This document shows positions 27,746 to 36,729 of a stretch of DNA of 64,000 nt, piece after piece. The stretch covers positions 54,110 to 118,109 of the forward strand of contig DWZA01000109.1 in assembly GCA_019118365.1 (NCBI GenBank). The letters run 5' to 3'. The notes beneath the pieces are model-generated. The model made no database searches. It was given only the letters and a program-made list of their open reading frames with translations, and was not told the origin of the DNA. This DNA is from Candidatus Lachnoclostridium stercoravium. GTDB lineage: Bacteria > Bacillota > Clostridia > Lachnospirales > Lachnospiraceae. The position numbers were made by a program, and so were the translations under genes. Numbering within the stretch: the first letter of the stretch is position 1; every line of letters starts with the position of its first letter.

Positions 27746-28948
27746 CTATTTTTCCTCGCACACCTGGAAAATGTAAAACTTCAGGTAATAGGATTCGTCG
27801 GCTGCCCAAAGGATCGGATGGTCCGCCGCCTGCGTCCGGTACTCTACCTGGCGCAGCCTTTTATGGCTTCCTGCCGCCGCTTCCCGGATGGTCTTGGCAA
27901 ACAGCTCCGGATCCATAAAATGGGAGCAGGAACAGGTGGCCAGATAGCCTCCGTCCTTTACCAGCTTCATTCCCCGCAGATTGATCTCCCGGTAGCCTTT
28001 TACCGCGTTCTTCACAGACGCCCTGGACTTTGTAAAAGCCGGCGGATCCAGGATGACTACGTCGTACTTCTCTCCGTCTTCTTCCAGCTGCGGGAGCAGG
28101 TCGAACACATCAGCGCAGACGAATCTCACCTTGTCAGACAGGCCGTTTAGCTCTGCGTTCTCCCTGGCCTGGGCGATCCCCAGTTCAGAGGCGTCCACGC
28201 CCAGCACAGACTCCGCCCCTGCGACGCCTGCGTTTAAGGCGAAGGAACCGGTATGGGTAAAGCAGTCCAGAACCTTTTTCCCTTTGCAGAGGCGCTGCAC
28301 TGCCAGACGGTTGTACTTCTGATCCAGGAAAAATCCCGTCTTCTGCCCATCCTGTACATCTACAATATATTTCACGCCGTTCTCGACGATCTCTACTTTT
28401 GTGTCAAAAGGTTCGCCAATAAATCCCTTATACCGTTCCATGCCTTCCTGCAGCCGGACTTTGGCGTCGCTTCTTTCATAGACGCCCCGTATCCGGATAC
28501 CGTCCTCTGCCAGGACTTTTTTCAATTTTTCCAGGATCACCGGCTTCCAGCGGTCGATCCCTAACGCCAGGGATTCTACTACCAGCACGTCTGAAAACTT
28601 GTCGATCACAATGCCCGGCAAAAAGTCCGCTTCGCCGAAGATCAGGCGGCAGCTTCCGGTATCCACTGTGCTTTTCCGGTATTCCCAGGCGTTCCTCACC
28701 CGCATTTCAATAAAATCCTCGTCTACGACGGCGTTTCTTTTCCTGGACATCATACGCACCGTGATCTTTGACTTTGTATTGATAAATCCATGGCCAAGGC
28801 AATAGCCGTCAAAATCCTCTACCAGGACCATATCCCCGTTTTCAAAGGCGCCGTCGATCTTATCGATCTCATTGTCGTAGATCCACATGCCTCCGGCCTT
28901 TAAGCTCCTGCCTTCGCCTTTTTTGATCCTTACAACTGCTTTTTCCAT
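27746..28948 (-). CDS. rlmI: RlmI/YwbD family rRNA m5C methyltransferase
   Basis: PUA-like N-terminus, GQKTGFFLDQ, LDCFTHTGSF, ILDPPAF, TCSCS. Confidence 0.85.
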   Translation of the reverse strand: MEKAVVRIKKGEGRSLKAGGMWIYDNEIDKIDGAFENGDMVLVEDFDGYCLGHGFINTKSKITVRMMSRKRNAVVDEDFIEMRVRNAWEYRKSTVDTGSCRLIFGEADFLPGIVIDKFSDVLVVESLALGIDRWKPVILEKLKKVLAEDGIRIRGVYERSDAKVRLQEGMERYKGFIGEPFDTKVEIVENGVKYIVDVQDGQKTGFFLDQKYNRLAVQRLCKGKKVLDCFTHTGSFALNAGVAGAESVLGVDASELGIAQARENAELNGLSDKVRFVCADVFDLLPQLEEDGEKYDVVILDPPAFTKSRASVKNAVKGYREINLRGMKLVKDGGYLATCSCSHFMDPELFAKTIREAAAGSHKRLRQVEYRTQAADHPILWAADESYYLKFYIFQVCEEK

Positions 28949-28961
28949 CTATATCCCTCTC

Positions 28962-29744
28962 TTAATCTCTGGCCTGCGCAAGCTTTTTCAAAATGCCGAT
29001 GGACCGCGCCGCTTCCTCGGACGGAACGCCGGAAAACGCTTCAATACTTACGATCCCGTCGTAATGGAGCGAGCGAAGCTTCGCAAAAAATTCCTCATAT
29101 CGGTCTTCGTGGGAAGGAAGAAGTCCCAGCCTGGCGGTCCCTTCCAGCTGCGCCATATGTACGTGGCCGATCAGAGACGGATCCTGCTCCAGATCCCGCA
29201 GGGACTCCCGGTTGATGTCGATATGGTAAAGGTCGCAGACAAGAGCCATATTCTTTTTATTTACCCGTCTTACAAGCTCCGCCCCATGGTTCCAGGACAG
29301 ACCATAGTTGGCTTCCGTAGGATTTAAGTGTTCCCACAGGATCCGGATCCCGTAGGCTTCTGCCACATCGCAGAAAATGGAAAGAAATTCCGCCGCCTGG
29401 GAATTGGAAAGGGGCACGTCGTATCCGTAGGGAAGCCTTCTGCAGGCCGGAGAACCTATGCCGATAGCGCCGATCCCAAGCTTTGCTCCCACTTCGCAGA
29501 GCCTTTTTGCGTACTCCCTTGTCTTATCCGCAGAAGCGCCTTCTCCTACGATCGGCACGGAAGCCGGAACAGCAGAATTGAAGCCGCAGCATTTTACCCT
29601 GCCTTCCCGGATCGTTTTCGCCATCTCGTCCAGTCTGGACGGCTCATACTCCACTACGTCCCTGCCCGCCAGCTCGATATAATCATATCCTAATTCATCC
29701 AGCAATCCATAATTATCAAACGTTGTACAAAAACCAAACTTCAT
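28962..29744 (-). CDS. Sugar phosphate isomerase/epimerase (xylose isomerase-like TIM barrel)
   Basis: GYDYIEL, WEHLN..E, DLYH, HVH, SIE metal ligands; start reassigned to MKFGFC at 29744. Confidence 0.82.
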   Translation of the reverse strand: MKFGFCTTFDNYGLLDELGYDYIELAGRDVVEYEPSRLDEMAKTIREGRVKCCGFNSAVPASVPIVGEGASADKTREYAKRLCEVGAKLGIGAIGIGSPACRRLPYGYDVPLSNSQAAEFLSIFCDVAEAYGIRILWEHLNPTEANYGLSWNHGAELVRRVNKKNMALVCDLYHIDINRESLRDLEQDPSLIGHVHMAQLEGTARLGLLPSHEDRYEEFFAKLRSLHYDGIVSIEAFSGVPSEEAARSIGILKKLAQARD

Positions 29745-29793
29745 TCCAAATCCTCCTGAAATCTTTATCTTTTTGTCCATAACACTGAAGGTA

Positions 29794-29934
29794 ACTCGCA
29801 CTAAGCTCGAAAACACCTCGCTAAGTGCTCCTAGTATACCATGTCCACTAAAACTCGTGGAAGACCTTGTTAAGTGGACAGGTATGACTCGCACTAAGCT
29901 CGAAAGCACCTCGCTAAGTGCTCCTAGTATACCA
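29794..29934. repeat. A-B-A tandem hairpin repeat (48-bp direct repeats around a related 45-bp unit)
   Basis: 29794-29841 and 29887-29934 are identical at 47 of 48 positions; the middle unit shares the CACTAA...TAAGTG core. Confidence 0.9.
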
Positions 29935-30030
29935 CAAAACAGGCCTGGCTGAAATAGCATTGCCATAATTTTCCGGCCGCTTACAAATTCTCCGGATTCT
30001 CTTTTCCCTCACTGTGACCCCAGATTTTTC

Positions 30031-30077
30031 TTGCAAGACCAAAGTGTCCTGATTATAATGTTAATATAGTGTTAACA
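30031..30077 (+). promoter_or_regulatory. Sigma70-type promoter of lysR with overlapping LysR-type dyad
   Basis: TTGCAA-17 bp-TATAAT, followed by TGTTAA-N7-TTAACA containing T-N11-A. Confidence 0.7.
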
Positions 30078-30120
30078 AGCCGAACATTCTCACTACTGAC
30101 TATAGGAAAAGGATTATTTT

Positions 30121-31017
30121 ATGGATACCCATTATCTTAACTATATTCTTACGATCGCTGAAAAACGCAACATGACAAAGGCCGCCCAGGAGCTTTTTGT
30201 CTCCCAGTCCTCTTTAAGCCAGTATCTGTCCAAGCTGGAGCAGGAGCTTGGGACGCCTCTTTTTCTCCGGGCAAAGGGCGAGCTGGTGCCTACTGCTGCC
30301 GGAGATCTCTATATCTCGGCGGCAAAGCAGGTGATCTCCATCAAAAATCAGCTTTATAAGGACATATCCGCTCTGGAAAATAAGGGAAATATCACCATCG
30401 GCACTACTTCCCAGTTCGGCCTTGGGATCATGGCCCAGGTCATCCCGAAATTCCGTATCGAATATCCGGATTATACCATTGAGATCACAGAATCGTCCAA
30501 TCAGGCCCTTGTAAAGCTTCTTTTAGACGGGCAGATCGATTTCGGCCTGATGGCCGCCAACCGCATCGACGTTTTTCCGGAAGGGACCGCTGAAGTCCTG
30601 CGGGAGGAAGAGCTGTGGCTGGCTGTTCCGGCTTCCCACCCCTTCTGCCAGAACGACCCTCCGGCTACGATCTCCCACCAGGCGATCACTGAATATTTCA
30701 GCGAGGATAATTTTATCCTGGCCAAGCCAGGCTCCACCATCCGGAACCTGTCCGACGAGATCTTTCAGACCTACCATTTTTCACCCAGCGCCAGCTGCGA
30801 GACAAACAACATTCCTATGGCCCTTAAAATGGCTGCTTCCGGCGCAGGCATCGCCTTTCTGGCGGAATCCTGCATTACCTTAAGCCTGCCCCTCTGCTAT
30901 TTCCGGCTGGATCCGCCCATGCATCGGCTGAATGTCCTTGCCCGGCGAAAATCCCTGGAGATCGGTCCGGCGGAGGAATGCTTCTGCAGCTATATCCGCA
31001 GCCACTTCCACCGGTAG
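30121..31017 (+). CDS. LysR family transcriptional regulator
   Basis: NMTKAAQELFVSQSSLSQYLSKLEQELG HTH. Confidence 0.95.
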   Translation: MDTHYLNYILTIAEKRNMTKAAQELFVSQSSLSQYLSKLEQELGTPLFLRAKGELVPTAAGDLYISAAKQVISIKNQLYKDISALENKGNITIGTTSQFGLGIMAQVIPKFRIEYPDYTIEITESSNQALVKLLLDGQIDFGLMAANRIDVFPEGTAEVLREEELWLAVPASHPFCQNDPPATISHQAITEYFSEDNFILAKPGSTIRNLSDEIFQTYHFSPSASCETNNIPMALKMAASGAGIAFLAESCITLSLPLCYFRLDPPMHRLNVLARRKSLEIGPAEECFCSYIRSHFHR

Positions 31018-31093
31018 GCTTTGAGATCTGCGAAGGATTTTCCGTAATCCGACAAGACGCTTCACCGGCACGTCTTGCTGGGTACTTCATAAC

Positions 31094-31140
31094 AAGGCCT
31101 TATGGAAAAAGCCATATTTACGCTCTTTCCATAAGGCCTT
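31094..31140. terminator. Hairpin, probable terminator
   Basis: AAGGCCTTATGGAAA / TTTCCATAAGGCCTT 15-bp arms followed by TCTTTT. Confidence 0.7.
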
Positions 31141-31171
31141 TCTTTTCTGTTCATAGCAATTATTGGCAACC

Positions 31172-31202
31172 GTTCAGCCGTGTATCTTCTTGCCCGGCTG
31201 AA
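31172..31202. repeat. Minimal GTTCAGCCG...CGGCTGAA element
   Basis: Same termini as the 27670 and 50392 copies with a 14-nt interior. Confidence 0.7.
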
Positions 31203-31211
31203 GTGATACAA

Positions 31212-32465
31212 TTATTGTGCTGCATATTTCGTACTTCTTCCCCTGCCTTCAATTCTTACGACGCCTTTTTTGCTCATTTCTTTCAGCAGCTGTGTTGTCT
31301 TTGATTTGCCAAATGGGACATACGGAGCAATTTCACTGATCGATTTCAGCATTGTCCTGCTTAAAAGCTTATATATTTTTCTTTCATCTTCCGTTAGATC
31401 CAGGTCTTTCTCAAAAACCGGGAGTACGATCTTAATCGTATTTTCCGACACTTCAAAATCCGGCTGTTTCAATTCCCCTTCATAGAGCTGTTTTATCCGT
31501 GTAATACCTGTGCCGAATATTTCGACAAATCCCAGCCTGTAAAATACATTTGCCAGATTCCTGTTTCTTAGAACGGAAAGCTTTCCCGATAAATACTCAT
31601 CCACTGTTATTCCAGACGGCAGTCCTCCCGGAGAAATAATTTCTATTCTGTCGTCAAACATGGAAACTTTTATTTGCGGCTCCACATCCCATGTTCGATG
31701 GATCAATGCATTCGCAATTGCCTCTCTGAATGCTGCTTCCGGTATTTTTTCTATTTTTTTCCTGTCGGCGCCCTGTATTTCTTCGTATTGGTAGTAATCT
31801 CTGAATATCTCCAGAGTTTTTTCATATACTGTCAAAATGGATATATTGTCAAATGTCGCCCTCTTATGGATCACACTGATGTTTTCACCGAACTTCGCAA
31901 TATCAATTCCCGGAAAATGGTTTTTATCTGCCAAAATACCAGCCGCATTATTGTATCCAATGGCGCTGTTATATAAGTTCAGCGTTTTCAAAGTATCCTG
32001 ATTAAAGGTTTCAATCTGGATGCATTCTTTCAATTTTTGACATAAAGTATCAAACGTCAGGTTTTGATCTTTACATGGCAATTCTTCAAATCTGATATTT
32101 TTTCCTTCCAGGATCAGTCTTGACAACTCCAGCGTATCAACCTCTATGGTTGCAGTATCATTTCGTTTATATGCCTTTGATTTATATAAATATGGCTTTT
32201 GAAGACCGCCTTTTACAGTCAGTTTGATCGTCCTGTCATTATTCTGCAATTCCAGTGTATAATCCGGCTGTGGAGTAATACTGTCGTTAATTTTGTTTTC
32301 AATATCCAGGCACGCTTGCTTTACATCTGATAATCCTTTAATTTTTCCATTGTCATCAATGCCAAAAAAAATCTCTCCGCCATCGTAATTCGAAAAGGCG
32401 CTTACTGTTTTTAAAAATGTATTTGTAATCGTTTCTTTGAACTCTATTGTCCTTGTTTCACGCAT
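31212..32465 (-). CDS. AlbA_2 (Schlafen-like) + HATPase_c_4 + HTH protein (RecG-C-like ATP-binding protein)
   Basis: IEFKE...SAFSNYDGGEIFFGIDDNG; FREAIANALIHR, FDDRIEIISPGGLP, RNRNLANVF, GTGI; visibly AT-richer than neighbours. Confidence 0.85.
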   Translation of the reverse strand: MRETRTIEFKETITNTFLKTVSAFSNYDGGEIFFGIDDNGKIKGLSDVKQACLDIENKINDSITPQPDYTLELQNNDRTIKLTVKGGLQKPYLYKSKAYKRNDTATIEVDTLELSRLILEGKNIRFEELPCKDQNLTFDTLCQKLKECIQIETFNQDTLKTLNLYNSAIGYNNAAGILADKNHFPGIDIAKFGENISVIHKRATFDNISILTVYEKTLEIFRDYYQYEEIQGADRKKIEKIPEAAFREAIANALIHRTWDVEPQIKVSMFDDRIEIISPGGLPSGITVDEYLSGKLSVLRNRNLANVFYRLGFVEIFGTGITRIKQLYEGELKQPDFEVSENTIKIVLPVFEKDLDLTEDERKIYKLLSRTMLKSISEIAPYVPFGKSKTTQLLKEMSKKGVVRIEGRGRSTKYAAQ

Positions 32466-32509
32466 ACACCATGCCTCCTTTTCTAATTATATTACTATAT
32501 TATACGCAG

Positions 32510-32561
32510 AAACGGTCGAAAAATCAATCGTATTTTTTTACGATTGATTTTTCGACCGTTT
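32510..32561. repeat. Perfect 23-bp inverted repeat with 6-nt loop
   Basis: AAACGGTCGAAAAATCAATCGTA-TTTTTT-TACGATTGATTTTTCGACCGTTT. Confidence 0.9.
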
Positions 32562-32629
32562 TAAACCATTTCAATCTGTAACAGACGGCGCGGCAAAAGC
32601 TGTACGTATCGCCGTATTTTAAGCCAGGT

Positions 32630-33433
32630 TTATTTCAGTCCGGCCTTCCGGATCATCTCATTCAGCTGGCTGCCCTGCTGTTTCCAGAAATTGCTTAAGA
32701 TCCTCAGTTCCATTCCCACGTTGAAGTGGCGTACGCCAAGGTCTAAATAATACTGTGCGTCTTCTACGCTGTTCATCTCGGCTCTTACGTGGACGCCGTG
32801 TTTTTTTGCGGCTTCGAACATCTTAAGTTCTGCTTCCCTGACTCTTTCTTTATTTTCCGCCATATTGAAGCCGGAACTTAAAGCAAAGTCGTTTGGCCCG
32901 AACTGCACCATATCGATCCCCGGTACGGAACAGATCTCATCAATGTTGTCTAACGCTTCTTTCTTCTCGACCATGAACACTTTTACGGTCCTGGAAGCCA
33001 TCCTTGCGTATTCTTCCTGCTTCATGGAGCAGTTATTTCCTACCCATCTGCGGTTTACAAATCCCATTCCGCCTTCAAATTCCGGGCATTCCGGGGTGAT
33101 CATCTTAATGGTCTTCGCCACGTCCTCAGCGGTTCTGTGATCTGTAAAGAGCACGGCCTGGAAGCCGGAAGCGATCGCTTTCTGAGCCACATAATAACGG
33201 TTCTGGTAATCCACTTTGATCATGGTCCCCATATCGTGAACTTCTGCAGCTCTTGCGATATTTTCAAAATCATACTGCCCGTAAGGCGCATACTCTGCCA
33301 GGAATTCGATATAATCGTATTCCCCTGTGGCTCCCGCCATTTCTGTCACAGTGGCCCAGGAGGACTGAAGCCTTGTAGCCACCGTAGGCATATTATTGTC
33401 CAGCATATATCTTAATTTGTTTTCTTTCATCAT
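32630..33433 (-). CDS. HpcH/HpaI aldolase family protein (atypical active site)
   Basis: VFMVEK and QFGPNDF metal ligands; LAEYAP in place of DxEH. Confidence 0.82.
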   Translation of the reverse strand: MMKENKLRYMLDNNMPTVATRLQSSWATVTEMAGATGEYDYIEFLAEYAPYGQYDFENIARAAEVHDMGTMIKVDYQNRYYVAQKAIASGFQAVLFTDHRTAEDVAKTIKMITPECPEFEGGMGFVNRRWVGNNCSMKQEEYARMASRTVKVFMVEKKEALDNIDEICSVPGIDMVQFGPNDFALSSGFNMAENKERVREAELKMFEAAKKHGVHVRAEMNSVEDAQYYLDLGVRHFNVGMELRILSNFWKQQGSQLNEMIRKAGLK

Positions 33434-33464
33434 TTTTCCATTCTCCTTCTTTTACTGCCGCAGT

Positions 33465-34967
33465 TTAAGCTGCCGCTTTCTGAGCCTTCATTCTTAAAAC
33501 CTCTTTCCGGATCGTCATTGCCAGAGTGAAGACGGCGATGATCAGGAATACGCAGCAGATCGGGGATGTGAGGAACGGGATAAAGCTTCCCTGGCTTCTC
33601 ATCAGGCCTCTGCGCAGGTTGGTTTCCAGGATCGGGCCAAGGATAAAGCCCAGGATCAGCGGAGGCTGCGGATAGTTCAGTTTTTTCATTCCGTAGCCGA
33701 TGACTCCGAAGACTACCATAGCCGCTACGTCAAATACACGGTTATTCGTTCCAAATGCGCCTACTACGCAGAATACGCATACGATGGGAAGAAGCAGATT
33801 TTTCGGTACGGAAAGGATCCGGATAAAGGCGCGGATACCAACGTACTCCACGATCAGCATCATAATGTTGGCTACGATCAGAGCCGCGAAGATACCATAT
33901 ACGAGAACTGCTTCTGAACGGAACAAAAGCGGCCCTGGGGTAATGCCGTGGATCATAAATCCAGCCAGGATCAGCGCTGTTGTGTTGTCTCCAGGAAGGC
34001 CCAGAGTCAGAAGAGGAACAAGGGCGCCGCCGGTGCAGGCGTTATTGGATGACTCGGAAGCAACGATACCGTCTACAACGCCAGTTCCGAATTTCTCCGG
34101 ATACTTGGAGTGGTTCTTTACTACAGAATAGGCGATGATGTTGCAGACGCTGCCTCCAAGTCCGGGAAGGATACCGATACCGGTTCCGATCGCTACGGAC
34201 ACCCAGAAGTTAAAGCCCTGTCCTTTAATATCTTCTCTTGTAAAGCCAAAGCCTTTGATCTTGCAGGCGCGTACCTCCAGGTTCTGTTTCTTGAATTTTT
34301 CTTCGATCGCCGTCAGGACTTCCGCCACAGCGAACAGGCCGATCAGCATAGGAAGGATGTTAAAGCCTGCGTTCAGATCCGTGACCCCGAACGTAAAACG
34401 GGTCAGACTGGTAATAGGGGCGATCCCCACAAAGGACAATGTCATGCCCAGCATAGCCGCGATGATACCTTTTGCCACAGAATCCGAAGCAAGGCTGGCG
34501 ATCATGGTCATGGAGAACAGTGCGATGCCAAAATACTCATAAGCGCTGAACTGAAGGGCTACCTTTGCAATAGCTGGTGCAAGGAACATCAGGACGATAT
34601 AGCTTACAAGTCCGCCGAAGAAGGAGCATACGATACCTACTCCCAATGCTTTCGGCGCTTCGCCTTTCTGGGCCATGGGATAGCCGTCAAATGTGGTTGC
34701 CACAGAAGATGCCGTACCTGGCATTTTCAAAAGGATGGCGGAGATCAGTCCTCCGGACGTACCTCCTATATACAGGGAAACAAGAAGAGACAGACCAGCC
34801 ACCGGCTCCATTCCGAACGTCAGCGGCAGAAACAGCGCGACGCCCATAGTTACGGACAGACCGGGGATCGCTCCCACGATGATCCCCATGATGGTTCCCA
34901 TAAGCATAAGCAGCATGATCTTAATGTCACATATGGATAAAATACCGGCAATAATTTCAGATGACAT
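33465..34967 (-). CDS. tctA: Tripartite tricarboxylate transporter TctA
   Basis: GAIPGL, MPGTASSVATTFDGYPMA, ESSNNA, LTLGLPGD. Confidence 0.95.
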   Translation of the reverse strand: MSSEIIAGILSICDIKIMLLMLMGTIMGIIVGAIPGLSVTMGVALFLPLTFGMEPVAGLSLLVSLYIGGTSGGLISAILLKMPGTASSVATTFDGYPMAQKGEAPKALGVGIVCSFFGGLVSYIVLMFLAPAIAKVALQFSAYEYFGIALFSMTMIASLASDSVAKGIIAAMLGMTLSFVGIAPITSLTRFTFGVTDLNAGFNILPMLIGLFAVAEVLTAIEEKFKKQNLEVRACKIKGFGFTREDIKGQGFNFWVSVAIGTGIGILPGLGGSVCNIIAYSVVKNHSKYPEKFGTGVVDGIVASESSNNACTGGALVPLLTLGLPGDNTTALILAGFMIHGITPGPLLFRSEAVLVYGIFAALIVANIMMLIVEYVGIRAFIRILSVPKNLLLPIVCVFCVVGAFGTNNRVFDVAAMVVFGVIGYGMKKLNYPQPPLILGFILGPILETNLRRGLMRSQGSFIPFLTSPICCVFLIIAVFTLAMTIRKEVLRMKAQKAAA

Positions 34968-34977
34968 AAGCTACCTC

Positions 34978-35442
34978 CTATAAAATCCCGCCTGGAAGAC
35001 GGATCCCAAAAACTTCCGTAAATACAACGTCGACGAATACAACGAGAACAACTGTAATGATCCCGTATTTCACTGGCTTAAAGTTTTCCTTCTTTGTCAT
35101 CAGATAGATCGCCGCGTAAAGGAAAACGATGCTTGTGATAATAAAGCCTACGGACCTGAGCAGAGCGGCATAGGCGATCAGGAAAACAAGCATGATCACA
35201 ACGCCTTTATAATTTGACTTGTATCCCGGATCTTTTTCCGGCTCCTGGGATTTCGCTTCCTTAGCACCCCGATAGGTGATAAAACAAAATGTAATAAACA
35301 TGATCACTGATGCGATCTCTGGAAGAAAGCCGGCGCCGATCCATGAGTCTTCCTGCGAAGCGATCTGTATACTCATGAAAAACATTCCGGCGGAAAATAT
35401 CAGGCCGCATATTCCGCTGACCAGATCTTTATATTTATTCAT
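34978..35442 (-). CDS. tctB: Tripartite tricarboxylate transporter TctB
   Basis: 4 TM, GAGFLP, GFIITS, FGIRLPGG; adjacent to tctA. Confidence 0.88.
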   Translation of the reverse strand: MNKYKDLVSGICGLIFSAGMFFMSIQIASQEDSWIGAGFLPEIASVIMFITFCFITYRGAKEAKSQEPEKDPGYKSNYKGVVIMLVFLIAYAALLRSVGFIITSIVFLYAAIYLMTKKENFKPVKYGIITVVLVVFVDVVFTEVFGIRLPGGIL

Positions 35443-35535
35443 ACTGCGTCCTCCTGTAGTCATTTGACAGCTTTAGAGAGAGGAACCGGCTAAAAAAGCC
35501 GGTTCCGTCCTGTTGTGAAGTATCCTTAGTATGGG

Positions 35536-36513
35536 TTACTGAGCGGCTGTAAACAGATCTTTGTAAGAATTCAGCTGTTCATAAATTTCCTGAGCATATG
35601 TAGTCGCTTCTTCCGGATTCATATAAACAGGTGTTAACGCATAGGAATCCTGAGCTGCTTTTACAAACTCTTCGTTGGCAACTGCTTTTTCCATAGCCGC
35701 GCTGAAGGTATCCACGATCTCGTCCGGAGTCTCTTTCGGGAATGCTACAAAGAAGAATTTTCCGAATTCCATGTTCAGGCCCTGTTCCTTTGCCGTCGGG
35801 ATATCGTCAAACAGCGGGTTTCTCTCTGCGGAAAGAAGAGCTAACGGGATAAATTCGCCTGTTGACAGGTAATCCTTTACCAGAGCGTACTCTACGTTGA
35901 TGATATCTGTGTTATGTCCTGCCAGCGCCGCGATCTTATCTGCGTTGCCGCCGATATCTACAAGATTCAGATCAATTCCCGCTTCTTTTTCCAGAGCCAG
36001 ACCGATCAGCTGCGGATAGCCGCCTACAGCCATACCAAATTCGATCTTGCCTGGATTTGCCTTGGCCTGCTCGATGAACTCGTCCAGAGTAGAGAATCCG
36101 GAATCGTTATGAGTAACCAGGAGAGTGGTATTAGCCTGGAGGCAAACGCCGGCCATCTTAAATTCATCCAGCTGATAATCGATCAGTCCGGAGATCTCTG
36201 GAAGCATGGCCTCTGTATGATAGAACAGGCAGGTATATCCGTCTGGATCAGAAGTCCTTACCTGCTCCATGCCGATGGTTCCTGAGGAACCGGAAACATT
36301 TACGATCGGGATAGATACGTCCAGCTCCGGCTCCATATACTGCGCCAGGAGTCTGGCGTTGGAGTCTGTGTCTCCGCCTGCGCCTACCGGCACGATCATC
36401 TGGACTGCGTCGCTGGGATAAACCTCTTCGCCTTTGCTGCATCCAGTTGCCATCAATGCGGCCATGCTCACTGCAAGGAGCCCTGCTGCTGCTTTCTTCA
36501 TTGTTTTTTTCAT
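35536..36513 (-). CDS. tctC: TctC/Bug family substrate-binding lipoprotein
   Basis: Lipobox ATGC; VPVGAGGDTDSNAR, NVSGSSG. Confidence 0.92.
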   Translation of the reverse strand: MKKTMKKAAAGLLAVSMAALMATGCSKGEEVYPSDAVQMIVPVGAGGDTDSNARLLAQYMEPELDVSIPIVNVSGSSGTIGMEQVRTSDPDGYTCLFYHTEAMLPEISGLIDYQLDEFKMAGVCLQANTTLLVTHNDSGFSTLDEFIEQAKANPGKIEFGMAVGGYPQLIGLALEKEAGIDLNLVDIGGNADKIAALAGHNTDIINVEYALVKDYLSTGEFIPLALLSAERNPLFDDIPTAKEQGLNMEFGKFFFVAFPKETPDEIVDTFSAAMEKAVANEEFVKAAQDSYALTPVYMNPEEATTYAQEIYEQLNSYKDLFTAAQ

Positions 36514-36626
36514 GTTTTTTTCCTCTCTTTCCTCTCTTTTTCTTTTTTGATTGATGTGTTATTTTAACGATTCAGGATCTCTTTCTTCCTGGATTGTTAT
36601 TTTCGAAATATCTGTACTAACTGAGC

Positions 36627-36644
36627 TAACTGTTATAACAGTTA
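36627..36644. promoter_or_regulatory. Probable GntR operator upstream of tctC
   Basis: Perfect 18-bp palindrome TAACTGTTATAACAGTTA, repeated upstream of gntR. Confidence 0.8.
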
Positions 36645-36729
36645 TTGCAAAAAATAAATAAGAGAAGTTTTTTCTCTTTAACAGCCATCCGGTAAGGGGA
36701 TAAATAATCCCACCGGACAGCTCTAACGC

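Noticed and set aside
29794-29934. CRISPR array call
   Set aside because: Only two repeats, the spacer resembles the repeat, and there is no cas gene or clear leader. Kept as an unexplained repeat.
28962-29966. 334-aa ORF with duplicated N-terminal peptide GILGALSEV.SSLVRV
   Set aside because: The extension is read-through of the DNA repeat. The RBS supports a start at 29744.
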